From contig CM102290.1 in NCBI GenBank assembly GCA_046563655.1, positions 4,216,001 through 4,280,000 of the forward strand: a stretch of 64,000 nt of DNA, read 5' to 3'. A model generated the notes under the pieces. It was given only the letters and a program-made list of their open reading frames with translations. It searched no databases and was not told the origin of the DNA. Both the position numbers and the translations under genes were made by a program. Source of the stretch: Yuukianura sp. NJ FZ-2021 (taxonomy: Eukaryota). The number at the start of each line of letters is the position of its first letter. Position 1 is the first letter of the stretch. Below are positions 1 through 13,700 of the stretch, piece by piece.

Positions 1-3000
1 TTGGGTCGGTTGACGACCTTTTCGAGTAAACAGTTCGTTCAAGTTGCGATAAGTAGGAGAGTCCTGACTGCTGTTGTTGTTTGAAGCGTTGTTGACTTGA
101 GGAGGAAGTTGCGGTCGCGGCGGCGTTTGATTCGATTCCTGGAAACCAATGGCACTAGCATCTTCATATCGCATCCACTGAGCTGGAAGGACGCGGCTGT
201 CAGGTCCTGGATCTTGCGGAATACTAGATTTGCGTTGATTCAGAAGCGGACTTCGTTTTGGTGAACCATTTCCACCTACCAAATTTTTTCTAAAATCTTT
301 AGGACTTCTGCAGTACTTTTGCTGTTCCTCTTCGTCATCTTCAACAAAGCAAGTTTTGCGTGTCTTCCTCAAGGATCTTGGCAAATTCTTTTCAATGTGA
401 CAGTTCCAGTCTTCCTCTCTATCAACTTCTAGAAATCTTTCCAAGTCTTCAGGCTTCATCACAAATGTTACTGGAATCGGTTTCTGAGGAGAGGAAGCCG
501 AGGACTTTGCAGTAGCTCGACAGGCGTCAACAGATTTGTTGGGTTTGGCTCTTGGCAAGGAACTTCCACTGCTAGAATTCAAAATTCTAGAAGAAGGTGA
601 AGATGCTGGAGAAATACTGCTGGAAGTCACATTGTTGTTGTTGAAAATTGTTTGCTGACTAGGTGACTGGCTAGTTGCTTTTGGAAAGACAATGCCGTAG
701 CTCAAGTGATTTCCATTTGCTGAAGTTCCGGTGGTATGCTGTTCAATTTGAAACGGCGGGGATTGGGTGGAAGTCGGACGAGACCCATTGACTTTCTTAC
801 TTTGTCGAGCTGGCTTCACAGGAGCAACGTTAGATTGAGGGCGCTGCTCATGTCCTTGACCTCTCTGGGGGCTTGACCTTTGACCTTGACTGTTGTCCAG
901 CTGAAATCTAGCTTGTGCTGTAGCTTCTTCCTGCATGACTTTATTTGTTTGTTCCAAGGCAGGAACGGATACGGAAGTTATCAAGTTGGTCTGCTGCTGC
1001 TCTCTGTGTGCACTGGACTGTAGAGGCTGAGTATTTGCAAGACCTTGTAATTTTTGCAATGATGCTCCGGATTCAGATGCTACGGATGAAGAAGATGAGT
1101 ATGAAATGGAGTCATCAAATTCAGCAATGACTTCATCCAGGGCCGAAATACAACTCAGAATGTCATCACATCTGTTTTGGACAAAAAAAGACGCCAAAAA
1201 TTAGATCAGAGTTGAAATCAAAGTTTTTGTTATAATGAAAAAAAAATCACCAAAAATTTAACTTGTAAATCCCAAATAGTACACGTAATTATCAAGGTGA
1301 CTAAATTGAATATCACGGATGTGTATATGTGTTGGTGTGTTGTTACAAGGTTTTTTCTAAAGTTAAAACTTAATGTTTAGCTTCACTGAAAGATGCACCA
1401 GAATAAGAAGATGACGATCCCACTAGGAATTGAAATGAAGAAGATGTTCAAGGCGGAATGAATGGGAGCGTAGCAGAGTATTCATGGAAATTGGGATTAA
1501 GCGGAAATTAATCTGCCCAAAAGTTGAAAACTGGCAACTAAAATTTATAGTTATGAGCTACTATACCTCTCCTAGTTTCTAGTTCCTACAGTCCTATTAA
1601 TCTACTTACGTCCCATCACTCATCCGCCACTTTAATCAACTTACAAACACTAGACCACAGAACGCACTTTAAATAATACGCTTTTACTTTTGAACCAAAC
1701 TTCCCTGTACGCCTTCCTATCCTCAACCACCACCACTGCAACCGCCAGCCAACAAATCTTTCTTCAAAAGTTTTCAGTTTTAACTTGAGAAACTAAAATC
1801 CTTTGAGAAAAAAGCAGTTCGGAAAAAATCATGAGAGCGTCGAAATAGGCAGGTACTGTTTGCTACTCTGAAGATTTTCTGGTGACATGACTTCGATGAC
1901 TAGAAAATGTTACAAATAGAAGTCAATGCTCACTAACAGACTGCAATAACATTAACTTTAGACAAGAAAACAAGGAGTGGGAAATGGTGACATGAAGCTT
2001 GTTAAATTAGATTCATTGTTGCCCTCTGAGGTATTGTATTTGGGTTTTCAGTTAGGAGACACATGAAGATGGCTTTGCAAATTCCATAAAAGGAAACTCA
2101 CAAATGTCAGCGGTTTACTTTTTTTTTGCCATTTTCCACCAGTTCCTCATCGTCCCATAAATTTCCTTATGGTTTAGAGCGTCAAAAGTTCTTTTGTAGT
2201 AACGAAGGAAATGGGGAACGACCTTTGAGAAGTTGACCTTTTGTACAACAATCTTCTACAACGTTACAATCTACAATCTTCAACAAACTTCTTACAACGC
2301 AGTAAATTTACGCGTAACATTTTTGATTTAATTTGCCAGTCATAAGACTAACAAAAAACTGGCTCGTCACCTTCTAATTTAGGTAGACAGTTGGCACTAT
2401 AACTCAATAATGCTCTATGCACTAGATGTTTCGACTCCTATAACCTCAAAATTTTGATATGAAATTTCCGACTTCTCTGAAATTTTCAGTTGTAAGTTGT
2501 AAAAACCTAATTTCAAAAAAAATCTAATAAAATTTTGATACTAAAGACACTGTTTGCAGTTTGTGGTACAAAGTACAGCGGAGAATTAAAATCCAACTTT
2601 CTCCGCATTTTTGACTTACGAAGCCAATGGCCGTCCGTGCTCCTTCGAATTTGTTGCCATTGCACTTAAACACAATTTTAGTTGCTAAAACCGTGCTCCG
2701 TTGGGGAAAGTTTGAAAACCTTAGGAAATTCCAGTTTTTGTTAAGATTCGAACCACAGAAATGAGAATATACTTAACTGGTCCGAATGTTTGCAGAGACT
2801 AAAATAGCAGATTAACGATTCCCCACAAAAAATAAAGGTTTTGCAGTTGGATGCAGTGTGTTATGCCTCTTTTTGCTCTGAATTCTATCTATAGTGTTTC
2901 TTTCTGATTCTGAAATCTGCTTCACTGATTTAAGTACTAGAGGCAGATGAGACAAATAAACAAGCATCTAGAGCACAGGTTGTATTTTTAGCTCAAACCA

Positions 3001-6000
3001 AGATTCCAACTTTAGGAGAATGCGGTATGCACCGAATCGCTACCCGCCATTCCCTAGGTTTTGATGACGGTTAGTGGCAAATACTGTAAGTGTTTGAAAA
3101 TGTTTTAGGGATAGGCTGTATTTTGTACATGCCTTGAAGTAGTTAGTATAAACCTGTTCATGGATGTTGTTATAATGTAACAATGACCTCCAACGAACAA
3201 CAACGCGTGCCTAGGAACACAAGGAAATTAGTCACTTCAAATATAAACAAAAATTGAAAACAAATTGCGGTATTCGAAGAATTGGTTTTAGGAGAGCAAT
3301 TTCGAGTTAATGTGAATTGGACATTAGAGGAATGAAAAACTAAGAAACTGATTGCTGTAAAATGCAAAAATGAATTTTGCTAAAATGGGACAACCCGTTG
3401 AAGCAGTTGCCAAGGCGACAAGGTGATTAGGTATTCGCTTATAGTTCAATCAAGAAAACCTCTTCCTTGTTTTTATTACACTCAAAAAACGAATTCGTTT
3501 TGAACTTGCTGTGGTGAGTTGGGACACTTTTTTGATCTCCTGTTGTGCCAATTAATTGCTCCAAGCCGGATTTTTTGGGAGCTAATTCAACATTCGACAA
3601 AAATGGAATCAGGGGTAACGAATTCATTTATGCTTTTTCTCTTTTTGACTTTAACAGGTCAAACTAACATACCGTGGAATACTGTTATGTTATATTTTTG
3701 TTTTAGTCGCCGTGCAAGATTAATAGAAACTGCCAATTCCAGCGAGTTTTCACCTGCCTCGTGACTAAGTGGATGACACTGGTGAAAATAAGCCGCAATA
3801 AACGCGAACGCAACAAATTGGAAAAACGAAGAGATGACATTCTACTACAACTAGGTGACCAGTTCCACCGAAAGGAACGTGTCGACCCATTGTCATTCCA
3901 AACGACACAAACTCAGGACTCGCCGACAGAAGTGGACAGACAAAAGTGGATTCTTACAAAAGTGGATATTTTACAAATCCTACTTTACAAATGCGGACCC
4001 TTCAAAAGTGGATACCTACAAAAGTGGATCCTTACAAAAGAGGATTCCTACAAAAGTGGACCCTTACAAAAGAGGATCCCTACAAAAGAGTATATGTTCC
4101 GGGGTTGTCCAACCTAGCATAACGTACGTTAGTTTACGTAGCATAACCTAGCCTAACTTAATTTAACTTAAATCAGCATTACTGAAGATCAAAAAAACTA
4201 ACTTTAACATGAACCAAAGTCATTAACAATAGAATACGTAACCTAACCTAACCTAGGAAATTAGAAACAGAAATAAAATAATTATAAGTGCTATAAAAGG
4301 TTGTTCTCAAATCCAGAATCACAAAACTGCTAACCAAAATTAAAATATTTTAGTATCCACTTTTGTCGGAATCCTCTTTTGTAAGGATCCTCTTTTGTAA
4401 GGATCCACTTCTGTAAGGATCCACTTTTGTAGGTATCCACTTTTGAAGGGTCCGCATTTGTAAAGTAGGATTTGTAAAATATCCACTTTTGTAAGAGTCC
4501 ACTTTTGTCTATCCACTTCTGTCGGCGGACCCAAACTCAGTTGCCCATGGTAATGAAGATCTTGGAACTTCTAGAAACGCAGGAACACATCCTAGCTGAA
4601 ATTTTACTAGCTTGTCATTGTTTCCTAAATAATCCAATTTCAACCTAATCAACTGAAACACTCAAGTTTTACAATTCATAACAACAATGTAAAAACTGAT
4701 TCTAATCTCTGACCTTTGTGCTATTACCGTATAATAAATGTCACTACAAGTGTTTAAAAAAATTTGAAACTTTGGAATTGAAAAGTACTCTTACTTTGGA
4801 TGTTTTGTGAATCCTGTGTGTTGTTTCCCACGCCAGGAGAGATCACCTTTGGTATTAGCCAGGAGTCTGTTGATGCGAAATGATGACTATGTTCACTAAT
4901 GGCTTAGAAAAGTGTGAGATTCCAGAGGGAAGAGCACTTTGCGTGAGGTGTGAAGATCAAGTGGGGAACTGAAGAGAGGCAGAGTGGCAGCAAGCTGACG
5001 CTAGAAGCCAAGGATTTGAGACTCTGAGGCCTTAGGTTAGGTGAGTGGAGTAGACATAACGTAGGCAAAGCTACCTTGGAATGGAACTCTGTTAAGCCAG
5101 GGAATTTGAGCAGATGCAATCCAAAAACTTAGCCCTGCTTCACTGAATATTTCCACGGAATATGTGCGAAAACCTTGAGAACTTGAACAATTCCAATTGT
5201 TTCGTCCCTCTGCCATACTTCATCTTAACAAATCCTTGAGACCAGCTCTCGCAATGGTCATCGCAGCCCTCGACTCACGGACCCTTCCACTACTTCCTCT
5301 TCAATTGGAACTCAAAATGTTACACTAATGTTAGACTATGGCTTTGAACTTTGGCACACACAAGTCAAGTGGCTAGCTTCCTACTTACGCCATGCACCCA
5401 GTTAAGTCAAATGGAACATGCTAACCTTCTTCAGACGCATTTTAAAACACAAGTTTTTGCTGTTCCAAGGAGCCCTTCTTCTCAAAAAAAAAAGTTTTTA
5501 GCTCGAGGAAGTTGGATATGTGAAGTGGAGGGTGGAGAAACAATAAAAATAAATCCAGATTTTACAAATGAAGCCGAACAGAACACAGCCGCATGTTCTT
5601 TTCTTTTTTAAATCCAAACATTTCAAAAAACCTCTTTTTTAAAAAACCAAAATAGAGGCGAAGGGTTTCCAAAGTTTGCAAAGTTTTGTCTTAACACTTC
5701 ATTCCACAAAGAAGAAAAAGCTTTGTCCAAATTCCTTTCCTAGCTGGACAAGAGTTTGAAAAGAAAAACTAAAGTTGCAATTTTCAAAAAACAAAGAAAA
5801 AGTGTAAAGCTTGTTCGTTGTTTGGTTTTCTGAGAAGAAGATTCTCTCCGCAAAATGTGTTTCTTTCCTAGGATTCTACTTGTAAAGTCAAGTCATTCAT
5901 GGAATAAATCCTCTGCCCACCAGATGCTTTTCCAAGGAAAAAACTTCCTATGGATCTGAAAATCCTACTTTCGGATGATGCTGTTTTTCTGGAATTTTAA

Positions 6001-9000
6001 AATCAAAAAGTTCCAAGGACCAGCGACAGCGTCTTTGCAGCAATTTTTTCCAAAATTACTCAGACGTCATGACATCATCAACCAACTCACAATTCAGAAT
6101 TCCAACACTGTGAACATCACTTTCTTTTTTTAAGAGACATAAATATAGACAGCGTGGAGTGTTTTATGTCACCACACCGGAAAACACAAAATTTTGGCAT
6201 TTTTTTTCAAAGTTTTTATTTTTGGAACAAATTTTGCAACAAATGAAAACCTACGGTTTATCGTAGCTTCTTGCATGTTAAACTTCGAACTCATTCTTTA
6301 AATTCACAATTTAACAACCTTTTAATCACATATCTGTATTCAGAGCATGAAGTTTTAGATTATAGCTTGGAGCTTAAAGTGAGAATGGCAGAATCAATTG
6401 AGAGGTTGCAAAGTTTTGATTATTTAAATATGATCCGGACCATTTTTAAACAATTTTTTACAACTAATTTCCATCCAATGGTTCCCAATGTTTGATCAGG
6501 TGAAGCATAGATTAGATTTGTACTTAACCTGAAGAATAATAGGGGGAAATGAACTCTGAAGTGTACATGGGCGTGGGGATGATCTTTTTGATGAGGATTT
6601 TGAGGAAGACTGTAAGAGGGATGCTGGCGAAAAGAGAGCCATAGGCAGATCATCTTCAAAAGTCCGCGCTTTTTTTCTCATCCTATCAAAAAGATTGAAG
6701 AAAAGGAAAAGTCATTTCTTAAATAACGTTAAGCATCATCATAGGGTAGGATCTGTGCAGAAGTAAAAGGATACTTCACCTCCAGCCATTCAAGCCATTA
6801 CTGTCTTCCGAAAATCCTTATATAGCTTCATCCACAACGTCTTCCCTTCTGCCACTTCAAAATTAACGGCATGGCGTCCATGGTTACAGCAATAGATACA
6901 ACCTAAAGAATCCCAGGTTCACAGCAGTACTAAAAAGTAATTTCAAATTGCCGTCGTACGTTCCTTCTGCTGCCGCCATCATGCATGTCGTGATAATTTG
7001 AAACTGAAGACAAACTTTAATGAAATATCCTGTGCACCTACTCATACGCCCCCAATGTCACCGAATCCCCTACCTCACTCACCACGCAAAGGTGAAAATT
7101 GCAATTCAAACTGATGAGCCCAGCATAAGTTGTGCGTTAGAAAGACGGTGATCATTACAAAGACAAATCCTGTCTACATCTTTTGAACCTGGCCATTTCG
7201 GAAGAAGCTTCTGACGACCAGTTCCAGGAAGGAAGTGACATGGACCACCGCTGCTTTCCCGTCAAACTTCCTTCTCAAGTACAGAAAACAACTCAACGGC
7301 AACATCCTTCTTTCAAAACCCATTAAAAATTTATGCTCATCTTAAATCTTCCGCTTTCACAAAGTTTACATAAGACTCAGTTCAAACAATCGAAAATGGT
7401 CCCAGCTTGACACACTGAACGTCGACGCAACTCTTAAGCGGAAAGCACTTTTGGAAAAAGTCAGAAAGGAAATTATTGATGTGCCGTTGAGAGATTCTGT
7501 GTAGTGAAACCCAAAAGTGGTCACGGGATTGCTCAATTTTGAAATCCATCTCCAAGGTTTGAAAGTGTTGATTAAGGTGAATGTTGTCCAGAAATGTAGG
7601 ATTTGGGACACAAAGCTGCTTCCAGCAAAGTTGGTGAGCAGCTGTATTGACTAATGACAAAAGTACGTGATTTGAAAGTTTTGGGACGTCCCTGTGCGTC
7701 CATCAGCCTTACTCTCCAGATGCTCGTAATAATAACAATAACTTGCGCCACACACTAACCACCGTTACCAAAACCTCGCGAGCCAAAAAGACGCGTGTCG
7801 ACCTTACAATTCTTTAGTTCAAACACAATTTTTTGTACATAGAAAGGAAAAGTCAAAGATTTTGGAATTTAGAGCAAGGATGTAGGAGCGGACAATGGTT
7901 TTCACCATTTGCTTTATCCCTACACACCATTTTCCCATTTGGTGAAAGATATAACTGCTATACTTTGCCGGATTTTCTTCGAATCACCTAATTTGTCATT
8001 CATAACAACGTAAAATTTTTTGTAGCAACAGGAGAGAAGAATTAATTTCGTTTGGCCAAACTAGCGAAAACAAGTTTCGGATATTTTTAAATCCGGAGTT
8101 TTGATTGTGGCCATATAAAAACCAAAAATGCGGAAAATCGTAAATTTCAACGCAGGTTTGAAGGCAAAATCATAATTTGAGGCTTTACAATGTATAAAAT
8201 CAGTAATGAAAAGTTTAAGCTATTTTTAGACTATCAAAGTTGAACATAAACTGGTGCTGTCAACCAAAAGACGCCGTTACATTGCATAAAAGAACATGAA
8301 AATAGACAGACACGCCCTAACATAAGTGATTTTGCCTTTGTACTTGGCCGTTCTCAAACTATATTCAGAATTTTAGTTGTCACAAAACTGTCATTCTAGT
8401 CAGAATTTGGTTTAATGGTAAAAACCCATTTAAATGCTATCTATAACGATGATGATGAGGAGTATCATAAGAAATTGTATTTTGTTAAGAAGTATTTTAC
8501 AATACGTGTCAGCCTACCAAAAGTGAATGGACAGGATGCAGCAAAGTAAACGTTTTAGGTCATCACAAGAAGAGATTAAAGCAAGGCCCAAGGACCACGC
8601 CCTGCTCTTTGCCATTTCATCTTAGAGTCGTGTCAATAATAGCTTCAAAATGGAGTCAAATTACCATTGAGATTTGTGGTTTGTGCTTAATTTTTTTGTG
8701 AATGGTTTGATTGGACTTGGACTGTAAATTTTTAATTGAGACAAAAGAGTCATTGCAACGTAATTGAAATTTATTCACTTGAGGGCTGCGATTCATTGGG
8801 TTGATTTTGGTTCATTTGAATTCAATTGAAACAGTCTTGAATTAAATTGTTGGTTCACAGATGATAAAAAACAAAGGTGTGAAAATTATAAACAAAAGCG
8901 TTTGAAAAGTTGTTTTGATTTCTGCGGTTAGATTGATGATTGTTTTGATATTACACTTGCATTATGTTATACATGTAGGAAAAGAGAAATTAATATTGGT

Positions 9001-10752
9001 CAAAAGTTTTGTTCATGCCCATTTTAGGAAATCCGAAATCTAAACAACCGGATTTTGTGTTGCTTAGTGGTCATTCACATGCCCAATTGGGAAGAGTAGT
9101 GTAATTGGGTTAACTCTTTACTCAAGCCACTGGTTAACAACTGACAATTTACCAAAAGACATGAGGTGTACCATCTGAATATACTAGAAAAAGTTTGAGC
9201 CTCTGTAACATTTTCAAAATTTTATAAAGAAACTTTTTTGAAAATAACTTTTCCAAAAAAGTTATCGAAATGCCCTTGCCCAGCTTTCCGAAATTGGGCT
9301 ACAGACTGAAATGTCCGTTTCGTGATTTCTTATTTTGTACAAAGTTTACTTCATAGAAATTGTGCCAAACAAATAAAATTTTGAAGGTATTTTTCTAGTC
9401 ACGGTTGATTAGGTGTGTTTTGTTTTCAAGGAAGGTGTACAGCAATTTCCGCCTACACAATTCAATTTACAAACATTTATTTGCAACAGGATCAGCAGTT
9501 TAATTGCTCTAGAGTTCATTTCCAATTCAACGTTCGTACTACCTAACAAATTTGCACTTTAACAGTGTACACCAATTTGCACAAATTTAAAAAAATCACA
9601 GAAAAAAAACTCTGAAAAAGTTGCACGATGCTTTCCTTAAAAAAAGCTGCCGCTCATGTGAAAATAAATTTTTGTTTCCCAAATCCTCAAACTCCGTTGC
9701 AATTTGATGTAGTAAACGAGACACTAAAATGCGGTTTTATTACAGCGGAAGTGAATTGTAATTTGGGTTAGTTGATATTTTTTTTCGTATAAAATTTCAT
9801 GAGTTCCCGCACCGATCTTGTTCCCAACAAACTAAAAAAAGTGACGAAAGTTAATGCAGCAGTGGAAAGCCGCCAGAATTTGAAAAGAAAATCAATTTGA
9901 GCGTTGCTGCGAAATCTGCTATAAAATGGTTCGTCAAAACAATGTCAAAAAGATGTTAAAAGATTAAGGAAGGCATTACTATAAACAAAAGAGTTTTGTA
10001 CAGTATGTGTCGGCGTTTCAAAACTTCCGGAAGTAACTGTGCCTTCACTGTAATTTCAATGGAAATTGCAACATTGGAAACGACGAATTGAGGAAGTTGG
10101 TACTAGAGTTAATCATTTCATGAGTTTAAAATTTGCCAAAAAATTATGAGCGATTAAACGTGATTTGAGGGAAGCAAAAAAAAAAGTTTTTACTATTTGC
10201 TTCTGTGTCCATCCTATTCCGTAATAATAGGTTAGGGTACCAAATCGGGTTTACGGTTGTAAAACATGGAAGAATAGTTAAAGTTGTTTGTTCCTATTGT
10301 GGTACACTTACATCTTCAAACAGTAAAAAAAATATCAAGTTGAAGCCTATTTGTGTAACTGTCATACCCCTGGTACTTTACCACTTATGGTTTAAAAGTC
10401 CACAAAAAGTGTTTCCAAATGCTAGAAGATGTCTCAGATGATTCCTTAAGTGTTCAATCAAAAGTGTCACCGAGTTTGGCAGGAAATTTTGAAAATGAAA
10501 AATGGCTTTAACTTACAGAATTTGGTCTGTGAGTGAATCCGGCTGAGCTGCGGCTGACGACTCCTTGACAACTGTCAACGCTTCCGGCTTCACCATTCTC
10601 CAGACAGACTTTTCTCCAGAAGCGTCAGCGTCTAAATTTTCCAGAACAGTTTTGACGGCGCAGCGATTTGAATTGAACAGTTCACTCCGCCCAAGTCCAT
10701 TCCGTTGCTCCTTCAGCAACCGATTTCTAACTACTTCTGGCTCCTGTTTCAT
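1..10752 (-). CDS. Unidentified protein with long low-complexity S/Q/N/P-rich region; 5' part only (exons 10752-10517 and 1171-<1), continues beyond left edge
   Basis: The minus-strand frame is open from 1171 to base 1 (about 390 codons: CDDILSCISALDEVIAEFDDS...YRNLNELFTRKGRQPTQ) and is preceded by the acceptor ccaaaacag. The exon at 10752-10517 (MKQEPEVVRNRLL...SLTDQIL) has in-frame stops upstream of its ATG and ends in a phase-2 donor CT|gtaagt that matches the phase-2 acceptor. The join across the ~9.3 kb intron is inferred. No domain recognised. Confidence 0.7.
3917..4531. mobile_element. Non-autonomous foldback/Mutator-like DNA transposon (MITE) with modular TIRs
   Basis: Inverted arms of about 170-185 bp (3917-4090 and 4350-4531) are built from ~16-bp units (caaaagtggatcctta). 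A perfect 9-bp direct repeat caaactcag at 3908-3916 and 4532-4540 is the TSD. Ends start with G, internal AACCT/CCTAA tracts are present, and there is no transposase. Confidence 0.85.
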
Positions 10753-13700
10753 GACTCATCGTCAGTCACGACGGTTTGAACAGAAACAAAAGTCTGAAAT
10801 TAAATTAAAACCGCATGTTAAATTTCAAACGTCCAAATGTTGGCGGAAAGTTCACAAACTGCGCAAACTCGTCGGCTGGAGTGACGCTTGTCAGTAGTAA
10901 ATGCGAAACTAAAATTGTATGCGGAAGAAACAGAAAAGAACAAGTAGATGTGTGACCTATCACCTGCGCTGAAAGTATTTAGCTCCACTTTGCGTCTGAA
11001 AACTTTGAAGTGATGCGGAAGTTGACCCCGGAAGGGGATTGCAGAAAAGCTTTGAACTTGAGGAAAGTGCCAAACGGTGTCAATGTAACATTTAGCTGTT
11101 TACTGCGTGTGCTTATGCCGCTTAGGGAAGCTAAAGGATACTTAAGAGGCAGAGGATGACGGATTGCCTTTGCCGTGGTGGTTGTAGATAAATTGGCAAT
11201 GCATTTGAGCCTGTCTGTCTCTTTAGACTTTCCATATGGTTTTCTTCCTTCGGTCCGGGTTCATCAGAGGTCAAATTCAACAAAGACTCCACCAATTCGT
11301 GAGCTGGAGAGTAGCGTGGATTAGGCTGGGGGTCAACGGATTCACACTTGGTTGTTACTAAAAATTATCTGGTTGGGGCCGGTTTATGACAACGTGACCT
11401 GACTGACCTTTTCCATTTACAGACGTTGTCTTACGACACCATCATCAACACTTCCTAGCCTAACCCAAACGAGCATCTGAGGTCATTTTCTCACCACCCA
11501 TTGACCTTTGGGAATTCCATGCAAGCTCCATTAGAAACAAGCGCTATTGGTTGGTATAGGTATAGTTTTTGTTCAAAATTGCAAACAGGAATTTAAAAAG
11601 TGATCTAGTCGTCAGAAGTAACTGCATAGTAGAAAAATTTAAACCTTTCAAAATATCATCCATAATTGAAAATATTCAGCTTTCAAAAAAGAAAAACTTT
11701 TTTTCTTCTAAATTCTTCAACTTTTTTCTTCAAAATTAATTAAAAAACACAATTTAAAAATGTTAACAGACCAGAGATGCATTAATATTAACAAAAATAA
11801 TAAGAATGTTTTCCTGTAGAACACTTTGACAGAGGAGACTAATTTGTATTTGTTTGTCGTAACGATTGGGGTTAATGTCTTCAGAGGCTTTCCAGGTGAG
11901 GACCAGCAGAAGAAAGTGTGGAATGAGGTCAAGTAACTGACATATTAGCCCAGGTTAAAGTACGCGTATCATCTCTACAACACCCTACCCTATGCTATGT
12001 TAATAACCACCACCCACGCCATGACATGACATTTCGCTTTTTCATCTTACAAACACATCTCTGCATCTCGGAGATCTCTGCTTTTCTCCCAACGGACTTT
12101 AGAGATTGAACAATTTCATGGTTACAATCCTTCATTTCCCCCAACAGTACCTTGGCCCTAAGTGGACAACAGGCCTCCACCAGGTAAGGCACTCAATTAG
12201 GAATCCAATTAGTTACAGACTCACCTCTCCATAATTCATTTGATGCACTTAAACTTCCAACACTTGAGTTCACCTGCTACGTTTAAGGCACCGATTAGCA
12301 CACAATTTCCACTGACTTTTAGAGTTAATTTAAATTTGAATCGCAATTTGAACTGTAGCGTCAACAGTTTCTGGAGAACTTTCCAGTCTAAGTTGTGAGA
12401 TCGTAGTGCGTAGCTATGTGGCGTCGCTGGAAGAATGCTTTTCACACAAACTGTTCTGTGTCTATGAAGACCCAGAGAGAGATGAAGTGATGCATGCACA
12501 GTTAGGTTAGGTGAACGGGAAGGCTAAAGATGGGATGAGGGATGGCTCTTTAGGAGATGACGAAGATCGTGGCATGAGATTTCCAATTTGCCAAGGAAAT
12601 AGATACCATCTCCCTCCTGCCAATTTCCGTTTTGGCAAAGAATACTGATTCACCTTTGGCATCTCCTTCGGTTGACCTCTTCAACTGAACCACAAATCCA
12701 CAGGTCAACCCACGACTCATTTCCAGAAGAAAAACAACTTTCAAAAAAATGTGTGAAATGTTCAAAATTTGAGTAGTAAAGGATATGGTTGAGGTTATAA
12801 CATTTTACCCAACTAAAAGGATTGGGGTTTTAGGAGTTTAGTTGAAAATGTTTTGTAGCTGCTTTGTAGAAGTGTGATGGACTAAAACTCGTAAGAATAC
12901 GCATGAATGTAATGGGATTGATTGACTTTTGGCAACAAAATGGACACATTCAGTTGATGAGGGAGTGTGAATTAGGGTTTGAAAGCTTTCTGAAATAAAA
13001 GTGCTGGAAATGGGCTTTTGTGGCATTGGAGAAAGTGGAGACGTGGAGAGTGTGAGTAAAAGCGCTGCTAAAGACTAACCATTTGGAATTACTAGCCAAA
13101 GCCTGGAATGATCTGGATACTAAAGTGACCATCAAATTGGGGACTGGAGAAACACAAATAAAAGATACTGAAATTATATGATACTGGGCCGAGTCAAGTA
13201 TATCCGCTTTGTACATAACATTAGCGACATTTGGCAAATGGCAAGAACGTCATCAACAGGCTAAACTCTGAACTAACTTTTTGAACTTAAAATTAAGGAC
13301 TATTCAAAATTCACGATGCTAATTAAATTTATTCTTCAGTTTGATAAAGTTCTGTGCTAACACATATAATTGGTCTGAACGAATTCATTTGAAATTCGAA
13401 ACAAACTACAAAGAATGGGTGCGTTAAGGATGCAGCATTATGTTAAGAATGTTGTGATATGCTTAGTCGTTTTCTAAACATTTTTTTGGCGCCAATTCAT
13501 AAGAATCAATGCCATCGAACGTTAACAGATCTTCAACAGAAATTGTGGTTACACAAGTTCAAAGTTCAATTGCTTTTTGAAAACAAAATGAACGCGCGGA
13601 TAATTCATTCACTTCAAAGTCGTGTAGACAGTAACGTAAATTCAATCGAATGTCGTAAAATGAGTCACTACACTATCACCCGTTCTCACGCTTTTCCAAG

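Noticed and set aside
3761..4534. ORFs with repeated LQKWIL/KVDPY peptides
   Set aside because: These are translations of the 16-bp TIR repeats of the MITE, not genes.
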